A stretch of DNA of 62,252 nucleotides, the filler included, from Rhabdomonas costata (taxonomy: Eukaryota), in NCBI GenBank assembly GCA_019059605.1. It is 32 parts of 32 records of this genome, joined end to end, with 100 filler letters (N's around TTAATTAATTAA, not from the genome) between each part and the next. Parts side by side here need not be neighbours in the genome. Positions count along the whole stretch, not along the records: positions 35,077 to 36,925 come from JAHMHO010008241.1; positions 37,026 to 38,874 come from JAHMHO010008242.1; positions 38,975 to 40,823 come from JAHMHO010008243.1; positions 40,924 to 42,772 come from JAHMHO010008244.1; positions 42,873 to 44,721 come from JAHMHO010008245.1; positions 44,822 to 46,669 come from JAHMHO010008246.1; positions 46,770 to 48,616 come from JAHMHO010008247.1; 25 more parts are not named here. The stretch is one strand, 5' to 3'. How positions within the stretch are numbered: position 1 is the stretch's first letter; each line of letters begins with the position of its first letter. The notes below the pieces were generated by a model. It saw nothing but the letters and a program-made list of their open reading frames with translations. It was not told where the DNA came from and searched no databases. The position numbers and the translations under genes are program-made. Shown here piece by piece: positions 35,077 through 47,023 of this stretch.

Positions 35077-36409
35077 GGTGGTGGTTCATTGGGAGCGAAG
35101 TGGATGTCACCGGAAAGCCGTCCACGTACAGCTGGCCCTGTGCGGGTGCGGGGGCCACCAGCTGAACCATTGAGTACTGGGGGTCTGAGGAGCAGTTTTG
35201 ACTGGTGCACAGGGGCAGTGTGCGGCGGCTTCCCGGGATGTAGCCCACCATGGTCGAGGGCACTGGTGGGGCCCACACTCCGGGCGAGTAGGGGCTGCGG
35301 AAGGGCACGTCCCATGGTGTGCAGGAGAGCTCTGGGAAGGTGGTGGTTGACAACAGCTCCAGGGTGTAGTTTTGGGCAGAGGCTGTCGAGGTGGTGGGGG
35401 AACCCAGGTCGTTGAAGTGCCACTGCGCGACAAGGCCAGGAGCATCCTCGGGAGCGGTTTTGTGGAGGTACTGACGGATCCCTGCGGCACTGCGGGTGGT
35501 ATTCCACAGGCGAAGCTCGTCCAGATGGCCAACCCACGCTGCGGAAAAATTACCAGGATAGCGGGAGATAAGAAAATGTCACACTCGGTTTGGCTCACCC
35601 TGTGCGTGGAGCTCACAGTATCACCACCAAAAGACGTGTGCCCAGCACACACGCCTGCGCTCGGATTCACTTGCCGTCGCACTCGTATTTTAATCCGGAC
35701 ACTGGTGTGCGCAGGGAGAGCTCCCCACCCACTCCGCTCACTATCCCGCACAGCAGCACACTGCGTGTTAATCCATCACTTACTTCAAAAGCACAGCAGG
35801 TCAAACGCAAACCCCATTAAACCCGATCCTTCGTCGTGTCACGATTTACGCAGCAGGAAACGCCCCATCAGCCCGCTCCAGAAAACCTTGTAGCGGGTCA
35901 AAACTGCCCATGTACGCGTTCATGCTTTGCCCCAACACGATCATGGCATCCGCCGGGAAGAGCAGAAGGGGCTTCAGCGTGGTTTCGAACACAAGGTCTC
36001 CGTCAAAGTAGAACGAGAACGCCCCGTTGGCGTCGTGAGTGGCGGCGTAGTGGTGCCAGGCCCGGTCCACTGGTGTGTAGTACCCACTGTAGTCGTAGTC
36101 GTCCAGAAGAAACCCGATCCCAATCTCAGCAATAATGATGCCAAAGTCCTCCCAGAACCCCCTGGCGGCGAAGTAGGAGTTGATCTGGATCACAAAGGAG
36201 AGGGATTGGGGAGGGAAGGCGGAGGCCGCCCAGAGCTCAATGGTCCAGTTGGTGCCATTGGGGATCCCGTTGAAATGGTTCAGGAACACGACACTGCTGT
36301 TGTGGTGCAGGAACAGCGACATGTCAGGGAGAGTAGCAAAGTCTGTGGCACCCGTCCCTCCGAGGAGCATGCACCACACAAACACGGCAAGCAGACAATC
36401 GACTCGCAT
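35077..36409 (-). CDS. Secreted LamG/pentraxin (concanavalin-like) domain protein, 3'-partial; exons 36409-35887 and 35538-35077
   Basis: Signal peptide MRVDCLLAVFVWCMLLGGTGA; WTIELW, WHHYAATHD...FYFDG, IVLGQ...GSFDPLQ|AWVGHLDELRLWNTTRS...GLVAQWHFND. Confidence 0.85.
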
Positions 36410-39400
36410 TGTTGGCAAAAGATGGGACACAGAGAAAAGGAAAAAGGAAATTTCAGCTGTATAAAATCGAGAACATACTTCATCATACAGGAAAGCTTCT
36501 GGCGCAATGCAGCCATAATTCCCAATAACAATTCCGCTGAACGTCAGGTAAACCCGCAGCATAGCCTTGAGCTAAACCTTGTCTATCACGTCCTGGCTCT
36601 TGTGCAAAGTCCAGAGGTATAAGAAAGACCCAGCCCTTATTGACTCCTTTGAGGAGCCTTTGACGGAGTGCTTTGGCAGATATTCACAGACAGACTGAAG
36701 CACAAGCCGACCGAGAGAGAAGAATAGGTCACGGGGAGGTTGTGATTCGTTGTTCGCTGCGCTGTAACGTCGTGAGTCGATTTTGCAGCCTTTTGGAACC
36801 CTTCATTTCTTTAACCTTTGAATGGTTTTATCGTTTGACGTGACGGAAGGAGAAATGCAAGCAATGAAAAGAAAAGGATGACCGCACACCCTCGTCACAC
36901 TCAAGCCCCCACCCCCACCCAAAACNNNNNNNNNNNNNNNNNNNNNNNNNNNNNNNNNNNNNNNNNNNNTTAATTAATTAANNNNNNNNNNNNNNNNNNN
37001 NNNNNNNNNNNNNNNNNNNNNNNNNAATAAAACCTGATTTTCATTTTGCTTGTCAAAATTAGCAGCACACCTGATCTGAATAATTGGGTATTAGAGCCGT
37101 TGTGGTCTACGTCCCGTAGAACCCACGGCCGTCTCCATCCCAAGATGGAATCAACCAATGACCGGGGCTACGTTTCCGCCTCCCCATCATTTTTCTTCAA
37201 AGCAATACCTGCATTTCATTTTTCTTTAAAAACTTGCAGCTCTCATTTTACGTTATCTAAAGATCTAATCAGCAGCGCATCAGCTTGATCTGAATCAATT
37301 CTGGGTTTCAAAAAACACACGGGAACTAAAGATCACTGCTATTCTTGCAGACCTTCAGCTAGACATGGGATATGGATTCCCAATGAAATGCATCACTGGC
37401 GGTGCATCGAAAGAATTCGAAGGAAGCGAAGAAACCCTACCACCACCAGATAAGCACAGACCTGCTGCCGCAAAGCAGGCTTGTGTGGCTTCGGCCTGAG
37501 TGAAACCCCATTCAAACATACGCAGGCACACTGAGTTGGGTGTGCGGGGTAAAGAACGTCGAATCTATGTTCAAGGCAACTCCGGCCCCACCCAAAACCA
37601 GAACATAAGTTGCCACACTGCGCAAGACTAAAGGAGTCTGGAGCACCTGCAAAATTTGTGATGACGGCAATAAAAGATCACACATAAACTTTGGAACTTG
37701 GTGAGGCAGCTTTTCTGGGGAAGATTAGCGATTTATTAGCCTCTGGGCTCCCCACCCACGTTGACGGGTATCACTCCCGCCGCCCCAAACACAACCACAG
37801 AAGTAACCCTCAACTTCCATTGCTTATCTTGGGCCTATAGCGTACAGGCGAAAAACCCAGATGCCCGTGAGTATCAACTCCAACACACTCAGCACATACT
37901 CAAGACCGCACACACACAGAGCTTGGTGTGAAGGGAGAACCTGTCAGGCACCGAAGTCGGCTCTAATTCATATCACGGTCTACCACGCTGGTGTCGCTTA
38001 GGAGTTAAGCTGAAGGCAACTCTGAACCCACCCTAACAACAAGGTCTTCCCCTGTGGAACATGGGGGGTAGCAGGTGCCTGGTTGGGGACATTAGTTGCC
38101 TTGGCGCGCTTAAGTGGCCGGAGTCTCGTTACGTGGTGAAGCTTTTTGTGGCTACTGGGAAGGGTCAAACACAAGCCCATACACACAGAGCGCATACGTC
38201 TCTGGATGAGGGATCGGCAGAGCAGGAGGTGGGAAGTGCCGCTGCTGCTGCCTGCGAGAACACAACATTAAGGTCGCCATTTCTAACTTTTTCATTCGGT
38301 CTTGGTCTGTTCGCAGGAAATCCACAAGTTTCTTTTCGTTCTGGGGGGCATACCTTTCCTCCTCTGCCGGCCTCCGGACCTGTGCAACAGTCGTCAGTCA
38401 GTCTCCCACTGGCAGCAAAGGGATCGGTGCACTCCCCAGAGCAACATTCCACAAGCTGATTAACTGCGGTGCGATCCAATGCCCTTCAACGTCATCCGCA
38501 GGGATTCGAGTTTTTTTTGCTATTCTTGCGGACCAAAATTTTTATGGTAATTTTCTCCTGTGCCTGTGGGCCTGTGGGGTAAAAAAGAAAAGCTCATGGA
38601 TCAGAACAAGAAGATCTGACTGAAAAGAACGAGTTTGCCGTGGCCACGGATTTGAAACCGGTGAAACCGAAAATTTTCACAAGACTTTTCAAAAAAACAT
38701 GCAGATAAAAAACCCCTCTATCTGCCATCATCTCAATTAAGCCAGCGATTCGAAAGGAGTAGGAAGACGAAGGCCACTGGCCCTGAGGGCTGATATGGAG
38801 AGCAATTAGATATAGCTCACTTTTCTGAGCAACAGATGCGACTGGAGCAAAAGGCGCTGTGCGGGGGGGGGGGGNNNNNNNNNNNNNNNNNNNNNNNNNN
38901 NNNNNNNNNNNNNNNNNNTTAATTAATTAANNNNNNNNNNNNNNNNNNNNNNNNNNNNNNNNNNNNNNNNNNNNTGTTTCTTTTCTTTTAGGCGCGCTGC
39001 CCTCCCCCTCTCCTCTGACTGTTGGGTGGTCCAGGCGTTTAATTTTGAAAGTAGAGGGAAGCCTGATGAGGATAACTGTTTGAGTCAGCAGGATCCCCCG
39101 AGACCAGGACCTAAAGTCTCTCTACGGTTTATAGTGCATAGTGCCCTGGAATCCGAAACTTGCAGGCTTCCGCCGCGGACGCTCCTGCCGAGGACGCGCA
39201 TGAAGGAGGGGCTCAAGAATCCTCCCCCGAGGCGATTCGGCCACTGGTGCTTTCATCTTTGGTGGAGGCCGAGTTCATGGACTACGGCACGATGCGTGGT
39301 GTCCTGGAGCGTGGCATGGTGTGGCTTTGCGACTGAAGACGACCCCTGTGCTATGCCGTGCCCCATCAATTTTCTGGTTTGGATTCATCCCGAACAGTAC

Positions 39401-39697
39401 AGTCCTCCAGAAAAACTCTTTGGATTTCATCAGCATTCAGCCTTCCTTTCCTGCGATGCGATGACGGGTATTCTTTGCCAGCCATCCGGTTAGGATTGGA
39501 TGGCAGGCTTTTTTTTTTCGAACAAATGAGGGTCCAAAATTGAGGTGGTGAATCCCCTCCGGGCCTTTGTCACCAGGTCTGAGCCGGTAGCCAGAAGAGA
39601 GCGAGGCGTTGCTCCGGCCGAGACCACACTGGGAACCTCCCGCACTTGCCGGGAGTCCCTATGTTCTGAGAGCATAGAGGAGAAGCAATCAAGAACA

Positions 39698-40566
39698 ATG
39701 CAACCCGCAGCCTGGGGGGGAGGCTCGCCCAGAGAAAGTCCTATCTTGGAGGAGGAAGGGCCGCCACCAAAACACCCAGAATACATCATCCTGTCTTCCT
39801 GGCAGGCTTTTTCGAGGCGTCCCTACCACGGCCACTTCTGCCGAGATTTTTTTGTCTGCTGCTTCTTTTTGGTGTTGTATGTCGCATTGCCTCACTTGAA
39901 CCATATACTTGCAACAGAGGTTACAGCCGCGATCATGTGGAAGGTTTCCTTCCACGGCTTTGAGCGCTTTTTCCAAGGCCAGGGGTTTTGCTCGATCACC
40001 ATAGTTATTTTCGGCATGATCTGGTAATCGGCGTGCTCACAGGAGGAGGCACTGGAGGAAGATCTGGAGAAATACATCGCGGAGCAGAAACAAACCTTAG
40101 CAGTGCTCTGTGAGGAGCATTGTGAGAGCTTTCTGGGCAACATGGCGGTCGTCAGCGATCTGAGGTGGGTCATCCCCTTCATTTTTCCCGTGGCGTTTTT
40201 GGGGTCTTCTCGGAATTCTCGAGATTTTCTGCGAGGGTTTTTTTTTTTTGCGAAAGGCGGGCACTTAAGTAATAACTTTCCAAGCGCATAGTGCAGCTCC
40301 CGGAAAATTTAATGCATGGCATGCCTCCCTTCCTTTCTGTGTCGTTACCCTTGGCCCCCCGTGTCGTGTGTACTGCATGATTACATTCACTATTCGTATG
40401 AATCCTCTCATTCTGGAGGGGGGGGGACTGTTGATTTCAGTAGCACTGCAGAAACGCTTCCTGCGGAGGTGAAAGTCGAAGTCCAACGGCTCAGCTCTGG
40501 GATCCAGAACACCGCCGTCGAGCTGCACGCCGCGGCAACAGAGCTGCAGAGGCTTCGCAGAGTTCG
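39698..40566 (+). CDS. SEC15: Exocyst subunit Sec15/EXOC6 N-terminus; exons 39698-39805 (GC donor), 40043-40164, 40441-40566
   Basis: LEEDLEKYIAEQKQTLAVLCEEHCESFLGNM...VKVEVQRLSSGIQNTAVELHAAATELQRLRRV fits the Sec15 N-terminal pattern (EIE-MC--HY--F...LQ--G--L). Confidence 0.6.
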
Positions 40567-41674
40567 GTGTGCCCTCCCCCACTCCGCTCCGTGTGACCTC
40601 CCTTTCTGTGCGTATGGGTTTTCCGAACGGTGCGAGTGTTTCCTGCCTATTGGTCCTCCCCAAAAGAGTTTACGTTGCGCTGCAAGTTGGAGCACAACGA
40701 TGAACGAAAATAGGGATCCAATCGGCAGCACTGCACATAACAGGCACCAGTTCGAAGAGACGCACACGCGCGGTCGGTCGCACTCACCCACTCACTCAGC
40801 CGATTGCGAGTGATAACAAAACCNNNNNNNNNNNNNNNNNNNNNNNNNNNNNNNNNNNNNNNNNNNNTTAATTAATTAANNNNNNNNNNNNNNNNNNNNN
40901 NNNNNNNNNNNNNNNNNNNNNNNTGTTTTTTGTTGATTAGGGTTTTGCTGCAGACGAGAGGGGATGGAAAGAGCGTGAGCAAAGGGTTTGGGCTTTGATT
41001 CCATTTGTTCGTGCTTGTGTTGGTAGTGCGTTTTAATTAGGTTGCAAGGGAGAAGCGCGGAGGGGAAAGAGCCGGCGCAAAACCAGAGGGGTAGAGTGTG
41101 GGGATCGTAGCTGCTGCGGTTGTGGTTGTGAACGCTGCTGTGGTTATTGCTGCGTCAATGATGCGTCAGTCCCTGCCTGCTTGAGCGGAGGAGAGAGGCA
41201 GAAGGGGTAGCCAGAGTCACACCCATCCCGCCCCAGTGTAAAAAAGCAGAACCCGATGCCGCAATCCCGCATAAGTCAAAACACCAGGTTCCCCCATTGC
41301 AAGCCTCGTACCCCATTCCCAGTCTGTTGGTTTGCAAAAAGACTGCCGCGCTAAAGAGAGAGATTGCGTCGCCACTCCCTATTGCATAACGCACCCAAGC
41401 ACACGAGGAAAGACCGAAAAGCCTTGCACGCCTCCTCCCGTTGCCGCATCAGAAAGGACACTCTCACCTTTGACCGCGGGAGACATCAGGTTCCCTCGCA
41501 CGCCAGACTTTGGACGAAAGTCGAAGCCGTCCCGTTCGTAAGAAAGTCACGCTCTGGACACCCAAGGTAAGCTGTGACAGCGACCACTTTGCAAAAGCAT
41601 AGTCGGGATACTGCTGCTGAACACGGAGCCCGGTGGAACCACCGGCCGACGCCGGGTTACACGTAAGCGGTGAG

Positions 41675-42011
41675 GTTGTGGTACCACGTATCCCTTCGTG
41701 AAAGTTGTGGTACCACGTATCCCTTCGTAACACGTGGTAGCAGAGGATCAAGTTGAGAAGACCCTTTGTGGTGGAGCGCATCTCAACGTTGTGGTAGCAC
41801 GTATCACTTCGTGACACGTGGTTGCAGAGTTTGATTAGCCAGTGCGGAAAAGCGCAGCTCCTAATTGTGGAACCACGCGTCAGTGTGTGTGACGCGTGGA
41901 AGCAGAGGTCAACCAGAGAGATTTGTGCGGTGCAAAGAGTCCAGCGCGGAGAAGAGAGCGCGCAGCTGAGAAGAGGAACCGCGTGCAGATTCGTGGCACG
42001 TGGTGACAGAG
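41675..42011 (+). repeat. Array of ~42-nt hairpin repeats (LTR-end + PBS-like units): 41675-41703 (partial), 41704-41745, 41788-41829, 41864-41907, 41970-42011
   Basis: Consensus GTTGTGGWACCACGT-loop-ACGTGGTWGCAGAG; spacers of 42, 34 and 62 nt; identity decays 5'->3'. Confidence 0.9.
41735..41748 (+). promoter_or_regulatory. Primer-binding site complementary to an initiator tRNA-Met 3' end
   Basis: TGGTAGCAGAGGAT lies 2 nt after ...TTCGTAACA (typical LTR 3' terminus). It is complementary to ...ATCCTCTGCTACCA, the 3' end of animal-type eukaryotic tRNAiMet. Confidence 0.7.
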
Positions 42012-42341
42012 CAAAGCCAAAGGTTGAGAACTCCCTAAGTGGTGTCAGCTGAATTGCGAAAGGAGTCGCGTAAGTTTGCGAGTTTGCACATAGCGGGGAG
42101 GTTTCCGAAGAGGTGGAGAACTCAGCGAATCAAGCCGAAGTCAGAGGAGGAGTGGGGACAGCCGTCTTGCATTTGCAAGATGGAAAAGAGTGTTGTTGCG
42201 CCCCTCGGTTGCTGAGTTGCAAGCAAGACCCCGCGCTCTGTGTTGGGTTGAGTGTAGTGTTCCTGTTCCATGTACTTTTGTCACTTGGGAAGCGCAAAAA
42301 AAAAGGCTTGTGTGTATTTGTTGGGGCTGAGCTGAATTGAG

Positions 42342-42772
42342 ATGTCGGGAGAAAGTGCGCCCCAAACGCCAGAAGCTTTCCAGACTTTCTTGTTGCATGC
42401 AGCTTCGCTGTTTTGGCAGCTGGAAGCGCAGCAGAAGTCGAATCAAGAACTGGCAGACAGTCTGGTGCAGAGATTAAGAGTTACAGTGGGATGCCGTCTG
42501 GTTCCAGTGGAGGAGTTGCAGAGACAGCGGCAGTGCCCGTCACAGTTGTTCCAGGCCCGTCAGAGGCAGTGGCAGGAGCATTGCGGAAACTTCAAGAAAA
42601 AGATCCGGAATTTACAAGGTACGACGGTAGTGCAGCTAATTTTCATCCGTGGTTAGTTGCAGTGGAAGAATTGAAAGATTTTCGGAGAGTTCCGGATCAC
42701 GTTGCCATTGTGTATGCGACGGGAGCTTTAGGCTCGTTTGCAAGGGGAATCATTGCCCCGAATCAAACTTTC
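42342..42772 (+). mobile_element. Retrotransposon gag N-terminal region (LTR / Ty3-gypsy-like), one frameshift near 42465-42490
   Basis: MSGES...coiled coil LEAQQKSNQELADSL, then in another frame PEFTRYDGSAANFHPWLVAVEELKDFRRVPDHVAIVYATGALGSFA, the retrotransposon capsid-like Y/F-DG...W...E...A...L pattern. Lies downstream of the PBS and is intronless. Confidence 0.7.
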
Positions 42773-43442
42773 NNNNNNNNNNNNNNNNNNNNNNNNNNNN
42801 NNNNNNNNNNNNNNNNTTAATTAATTAANNNNNNNNNNNNNNNNNNNNNNNNNNNNNNNNNNNNNNNNNNNNACCGGGAGGCCGGCCGGGCGGGGTTTGG
42901 GGCCTCGCTGGGCCGCCTGCATGGTATATTTCCTGCAATCTGCCCTCGTGCTTTTGTATTTTCTCGTCCTTTCTACTTCGACTCGACTCAGGCACGCAGA
43001 CACACTGTGACCGTTCAGCTTTGGACAGGGGATTGAAGGGCGACGCGAGTACGAAGTACGGAGGTCTGAAGGGGAGGTTACTGAGTTTTTTGAGAAAGGT
43101 GCTTATGCTGATAGGTATCGGATCACCTGGGTTGTCCTTAGTTCCATTTTTGCCGTCCGCAATGTTCCTGCTCCGATTTCCTTGTTTTCGGCTTCTTATG
43201 ATCGCGTGTCAAGGTTTCTAACCGCTGGGAGTCACACGAACATCATCAAAACCCACTTGCCATCGAACTGGAAAAACGTCACAGCAATGGCTTCAAAACC
43301 AATGAAGCAGCTTTGTTTACGTATGTGAATACACCGTTGTAATTTGTCTGTGTGTTTGTCACCTCTGGAACCTGCTGTGGCTTTTTGTTACTTTGTCGTT
43401 CTAAGGAGGCACGGGGCGCTTTTTATGTGGCTTGCTTCGTAG

Positions 43443-43976
43443 AGTACATGCTGGTGTTGCTGTGCCGTGTGTCGGACTATGAGCTCTCCGCTGCTCAGCT
43501 GCTGGAGTTCGCCTCGGGGAAGCTCGGGTTTGCCCTGGAGCTGCTCAGCCTCGTACTAAAGGCATCTACCACCCATTGCTGAAAGGCTCCTAAGTTTTGC
43601 TGGTGATATCGGTGAGTGTTTGCATGTACGCTCTCGCCGAATGACCGTGTGATGTCTTTCTTTGAATAGTTTTTCGAGCTGTCCCATTTCGCCGCTGAAA
43701 TCGGGAATCCAGTGAGGACCTAAATCCTCCCATATGTAGTGCTGAGGTCTGCTGGTCATCTTATGGGTGTCCTCATTCAATCGTAAATGCCTTGAAGCAC
43801 ACAAGTACGGTAATAAGCGCCAAACGATATTATGACGTGGGGCGTCTCCTCCCTCGAATCGGCCGCAGGTGCCCAGCTACGAGGAGGAGCTCCGGCTGAA
43901 CTGTGCTCAGCTGCTGCTTGGCTTCACCCGACCGGTGACATACTTTGAAGGCCGGGACGGAAGCGGCCCCACCCAG
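43443..43976 (+). CDS. Two exons of a helical hypothetical protein (43443-~43561, 43869-~43976)
   Basis: YMLVLLCRVSDYELSAAQLLEFASGKLGFALELLSL(VLK)|VPSYEEELRLNCAQLLLGFTRPVTYFEG; AG acceptors and GC3-rich codons. Donor positions are uncertain. Confidence 0.55.
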
Positions 43977-44827
43977 GCATACCACTTTGCTCCAAGGGCG
44001 GAGGGAAGAGAACGAAGACTTGCTATGTGACTTTGGAGAGGGGAAGAGGTCTGAGCTGAGAAAGAATTAACGGTCGAGTGCGTGCTGGCGGAGGTGGATG
44101 CTGAATAACATCAAGCTCTGGGTGATCCAACGAGGGGAGTGCTTCCGGAGGGCTGCAGCCCAAATTGCTCACCACGCAGCCCCCATCAGCCGAGGAGGGA
44201 CCCTCTTGAGAGAGGTCCCTGGTTTCATGACAGGTATCCTGCTCCAGCGGGACCCTGACCCCTCCCGCGTCACCACCATCCATCATTTCCATACCCCTTA
44301 CCCTGAAGGTAGGAGGAGAAGACGGGAGTTCTCGTGCGCGCGTGCGCCTTTCAGGATTTTTCCGAGAAGGTGAACTTTGTTGTGCAGCAGTGCTCCCGGC
44401 TGAACCTGCTTCCCACAGTGGTGGATGCGGCACATCCGTGGTGATTTGCGTGTGAGAATTTTCATCTGCAAGCAACGGAGACCCTGAACCGAAGTCAATG
44501 AAAGGTTTAGTCCCTTCCAGCTTGCAAACGGTGACCAGTCCTTCCCGTGCGGTGAACTATCTCGAGAGAACTAGAGCTAGAGGGGTGCTTCATGGCCCAT
44601 GTTAGCCTGACACATCTACATCAGTGTCGTTCCACTCATGTAAAACCTTGAAGGCTCCTCCGTGTTCTCGCAGGCCTTCCTTGGGTTCCTGCTCAACACC
44701 TACGCCTTCTCCACCCAACCCNNNNNNNNNNNNNNNNNNNNNNNNNNNNNNNNNNNNNNNNNNNNTTAATTAATTAANNNNNNNNNNNNNNNNNNNNNNN
44801 NNNNNNNNNNNNNNNNNNNNNCGGCAG

Positions 44828-46114
44828 GAAGGGTGTGGATGGCGGGCGCATTCTGGTGGAGTGCCTGGTTGGGGATTTCGCGGGGAACCTTGACAGCGTG
44901 CGCGCCGTGGCCACCTCGGGCCTGGATGTCTTCGCGCACAACGTTGAGACCGTTGAGAGGTGCGTCCTCTACTAATGCTCTGCTTCCAGCCCTTTCTGCC
45001 CGTTCAGTTTCAGGCATCAGAAGCTCGGCGTTCAGCACGTGGTGCGTAATTGGTCGGCCCGGAGGCCGAAGAACCCGCACCCACTTCAGTTTCAGGCGTC
45101 GGGTAGGGGGGGGGCTTTTCGGATCCTTTGTTGGCGGTTTCAGCGACGGATGTGCAGGTGGCTTTGTAACACCATGATTCCCCAGACGTTGGGATTTGCG
45201 TAAATGGCAGTGCTGATAGGGGACACGTCACCTCCACGGGAGACCCCCACACGCACACCAGAAAAAACGGAAGGTTTCATGGACAGTTCGAATCATTGAT
45301 CCCCTACTTGTCGCCGACGATGTGTTGATGCCACCTCCCCCCAATCGACTCCTCCGTGTCCCAATGACAGGCTCACTCCGATGGTTCGGGACCGCCGGGC
45401 ATCCTTCGCGCAGTCTTTGCGGGTGCTGCAGGAAGCGAGCGAGGCACAGCCGGGGCTGCTGACGAAGTCCTCTGTGATGCTGGGCCTGGGGGAGACCCCA
45501 GAAGACATTCGCGCAGCATTGCAGGGCCTCCGAAGCGCCGGGGTGCAGGCAGGTAAGGAATCGGGAATGGGGGGGGGGTTGTCCCCAACATTTTTATGTT
45601 TCCCGTTTCCTCAAAATTGAGAGCTGATGGGATGTTGCCTGAAGTTCTGTTATAAAAATGCATCAATCAACTCTCAATTTCTTATGATGGGACCGAACAG
45701 TACTGTGATTATACCTGTGAACTCTGAGCTTCAGCTTTGTGGTATGCCTTTGTATCTAGGGATTCTTCGTCTTGTCTTCGCTCCTCAATCAACCTCGACA
45801 CTAGACACCCACTACTAAGCTGACCATTTGTGCCTGTCTTCCCTTGCACGCACTCAGTTACTCTGGGACAGTACCTTCAGCCCGATAAGACCCGAATGAA
45901 GGTCTCGCGGTTCGTCCCTCCGGAGGAGTTCCAGGCCTGGCAGCGCGAGGGGGAGGCCATGGGCTTCGCTTACGTCGCCAGCGGCCCCTTGGTGCGCTCG
46001 AGCTACCGTGCAGGGGAGTACTTTCTGGAGAACGTCCTAAGGGCCAAAGGAAGGAAGACCTCAGTCCCGCCGTACAAGACTCAGGTTCACCCCTCACCAC
46101 AGGCAGATTTGTAA
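44828..46114 (+). CDS. LIAS: Lipoyl synthase (radical SAM), C-terminal half; exons 44828-44959, 45371-45552, 45858-46114
   Basis: [12 protein letters not shown]...[25 protein letters not shown]...[12 protein letters not shown]...|VTLGQYLQP...[19 protein letters not shown]; all junctions in phase. Confidence 0.97.
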
Positions 46115-47023
46115 TCTGTGGGGTGTTCGTCTGGAAAAGCCGTGCTGTTGCAGTCCCGCGGTGATGGTGGTGTGGGACCTGGTGGCTGGCCCAGCTTCAT
46201 AAACTACCCTGTTCTGCAGCTGCAGTTTTTGCGAGATTGAGCCTGAATGACGTTTATGGGGATGTGTGCTCCTGCAGCTTTGTGCCCTTGCGTCCACCGC
46301 GCGGCTTTACCTTTGGACACTGCCCGTGGTGGGTCCCCTGATATGCTCTGTGTTGCGTTGCTGCCTCCAATTCATCATCCTTTTCCCGAGGGCTGTGCAC
46401 GGGTTGGCATCCAATTGTGAGACCGAGAAATCCATGCCACTATTTATACCGTCTTCTCGACGATTTGATGCAAAACCTGTGAGACTTATTGGGGGACGGA
46501 TCGCTTGTCGATTGGTTTGGGCTTGGAATTTGTCTTTCTCTGGAGCCCACCAGACCCCTGAGCATAACTGTGCATCTGTGCATCTCAACTCATCTTACAT
46601 CTCATGTCTTATTTCTGGACCTGTGGATTAGTTCTTATGACTGAGTGGTGTGGGGGGTTACCACACCACNNNNNNNNNNNNNNNNNNNNNNNNNNNNNNN
46701 NNNNNNNNNNNNNTTAATTAATTAANNNNNNNNNNNNNNNNNNNNNNNNNNNNNNNNNNNNNNNNNNNNGGGTTTGATCGAATGACGACTTTGGTTTTTG
46801 GTGGGTGCGTCCCCATTTTCGGCTTTTGGCCTATCCTCCTTCACCCGCGGAGGACCTGGGGTTGGGCTTAGTTGGCTCTTCTTTTTGGTCATCGCTGACC
46901 TTGTGGAGGGCCCCGGGGGTAAATACCCCTCCCACATTCCTCGCTGCTGCCACATCCCTCAGCCCCGAGAGGCGACGGGGCTGAGGGATGTGCTCGTATG
47001 TGTGTGTGCGCGTGCAGTTGCAC

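Noticed and set aside
35846-35887. Apparent premature stop or frameshift in the LamG gene
   Set aside because: Resolved by a normal phase-1 GT-AG intron (35886-35539).
41675-42011. CRISPR array interpretation of the palindromic repeat-spacer pattern
   Set aside because: Eukaryotic context, no cas genes, repeats diverge strongly, spacers vary from 34 to 62 nt and are partly homologous to each other, and the repeat is explained as LTR-end + PBS.
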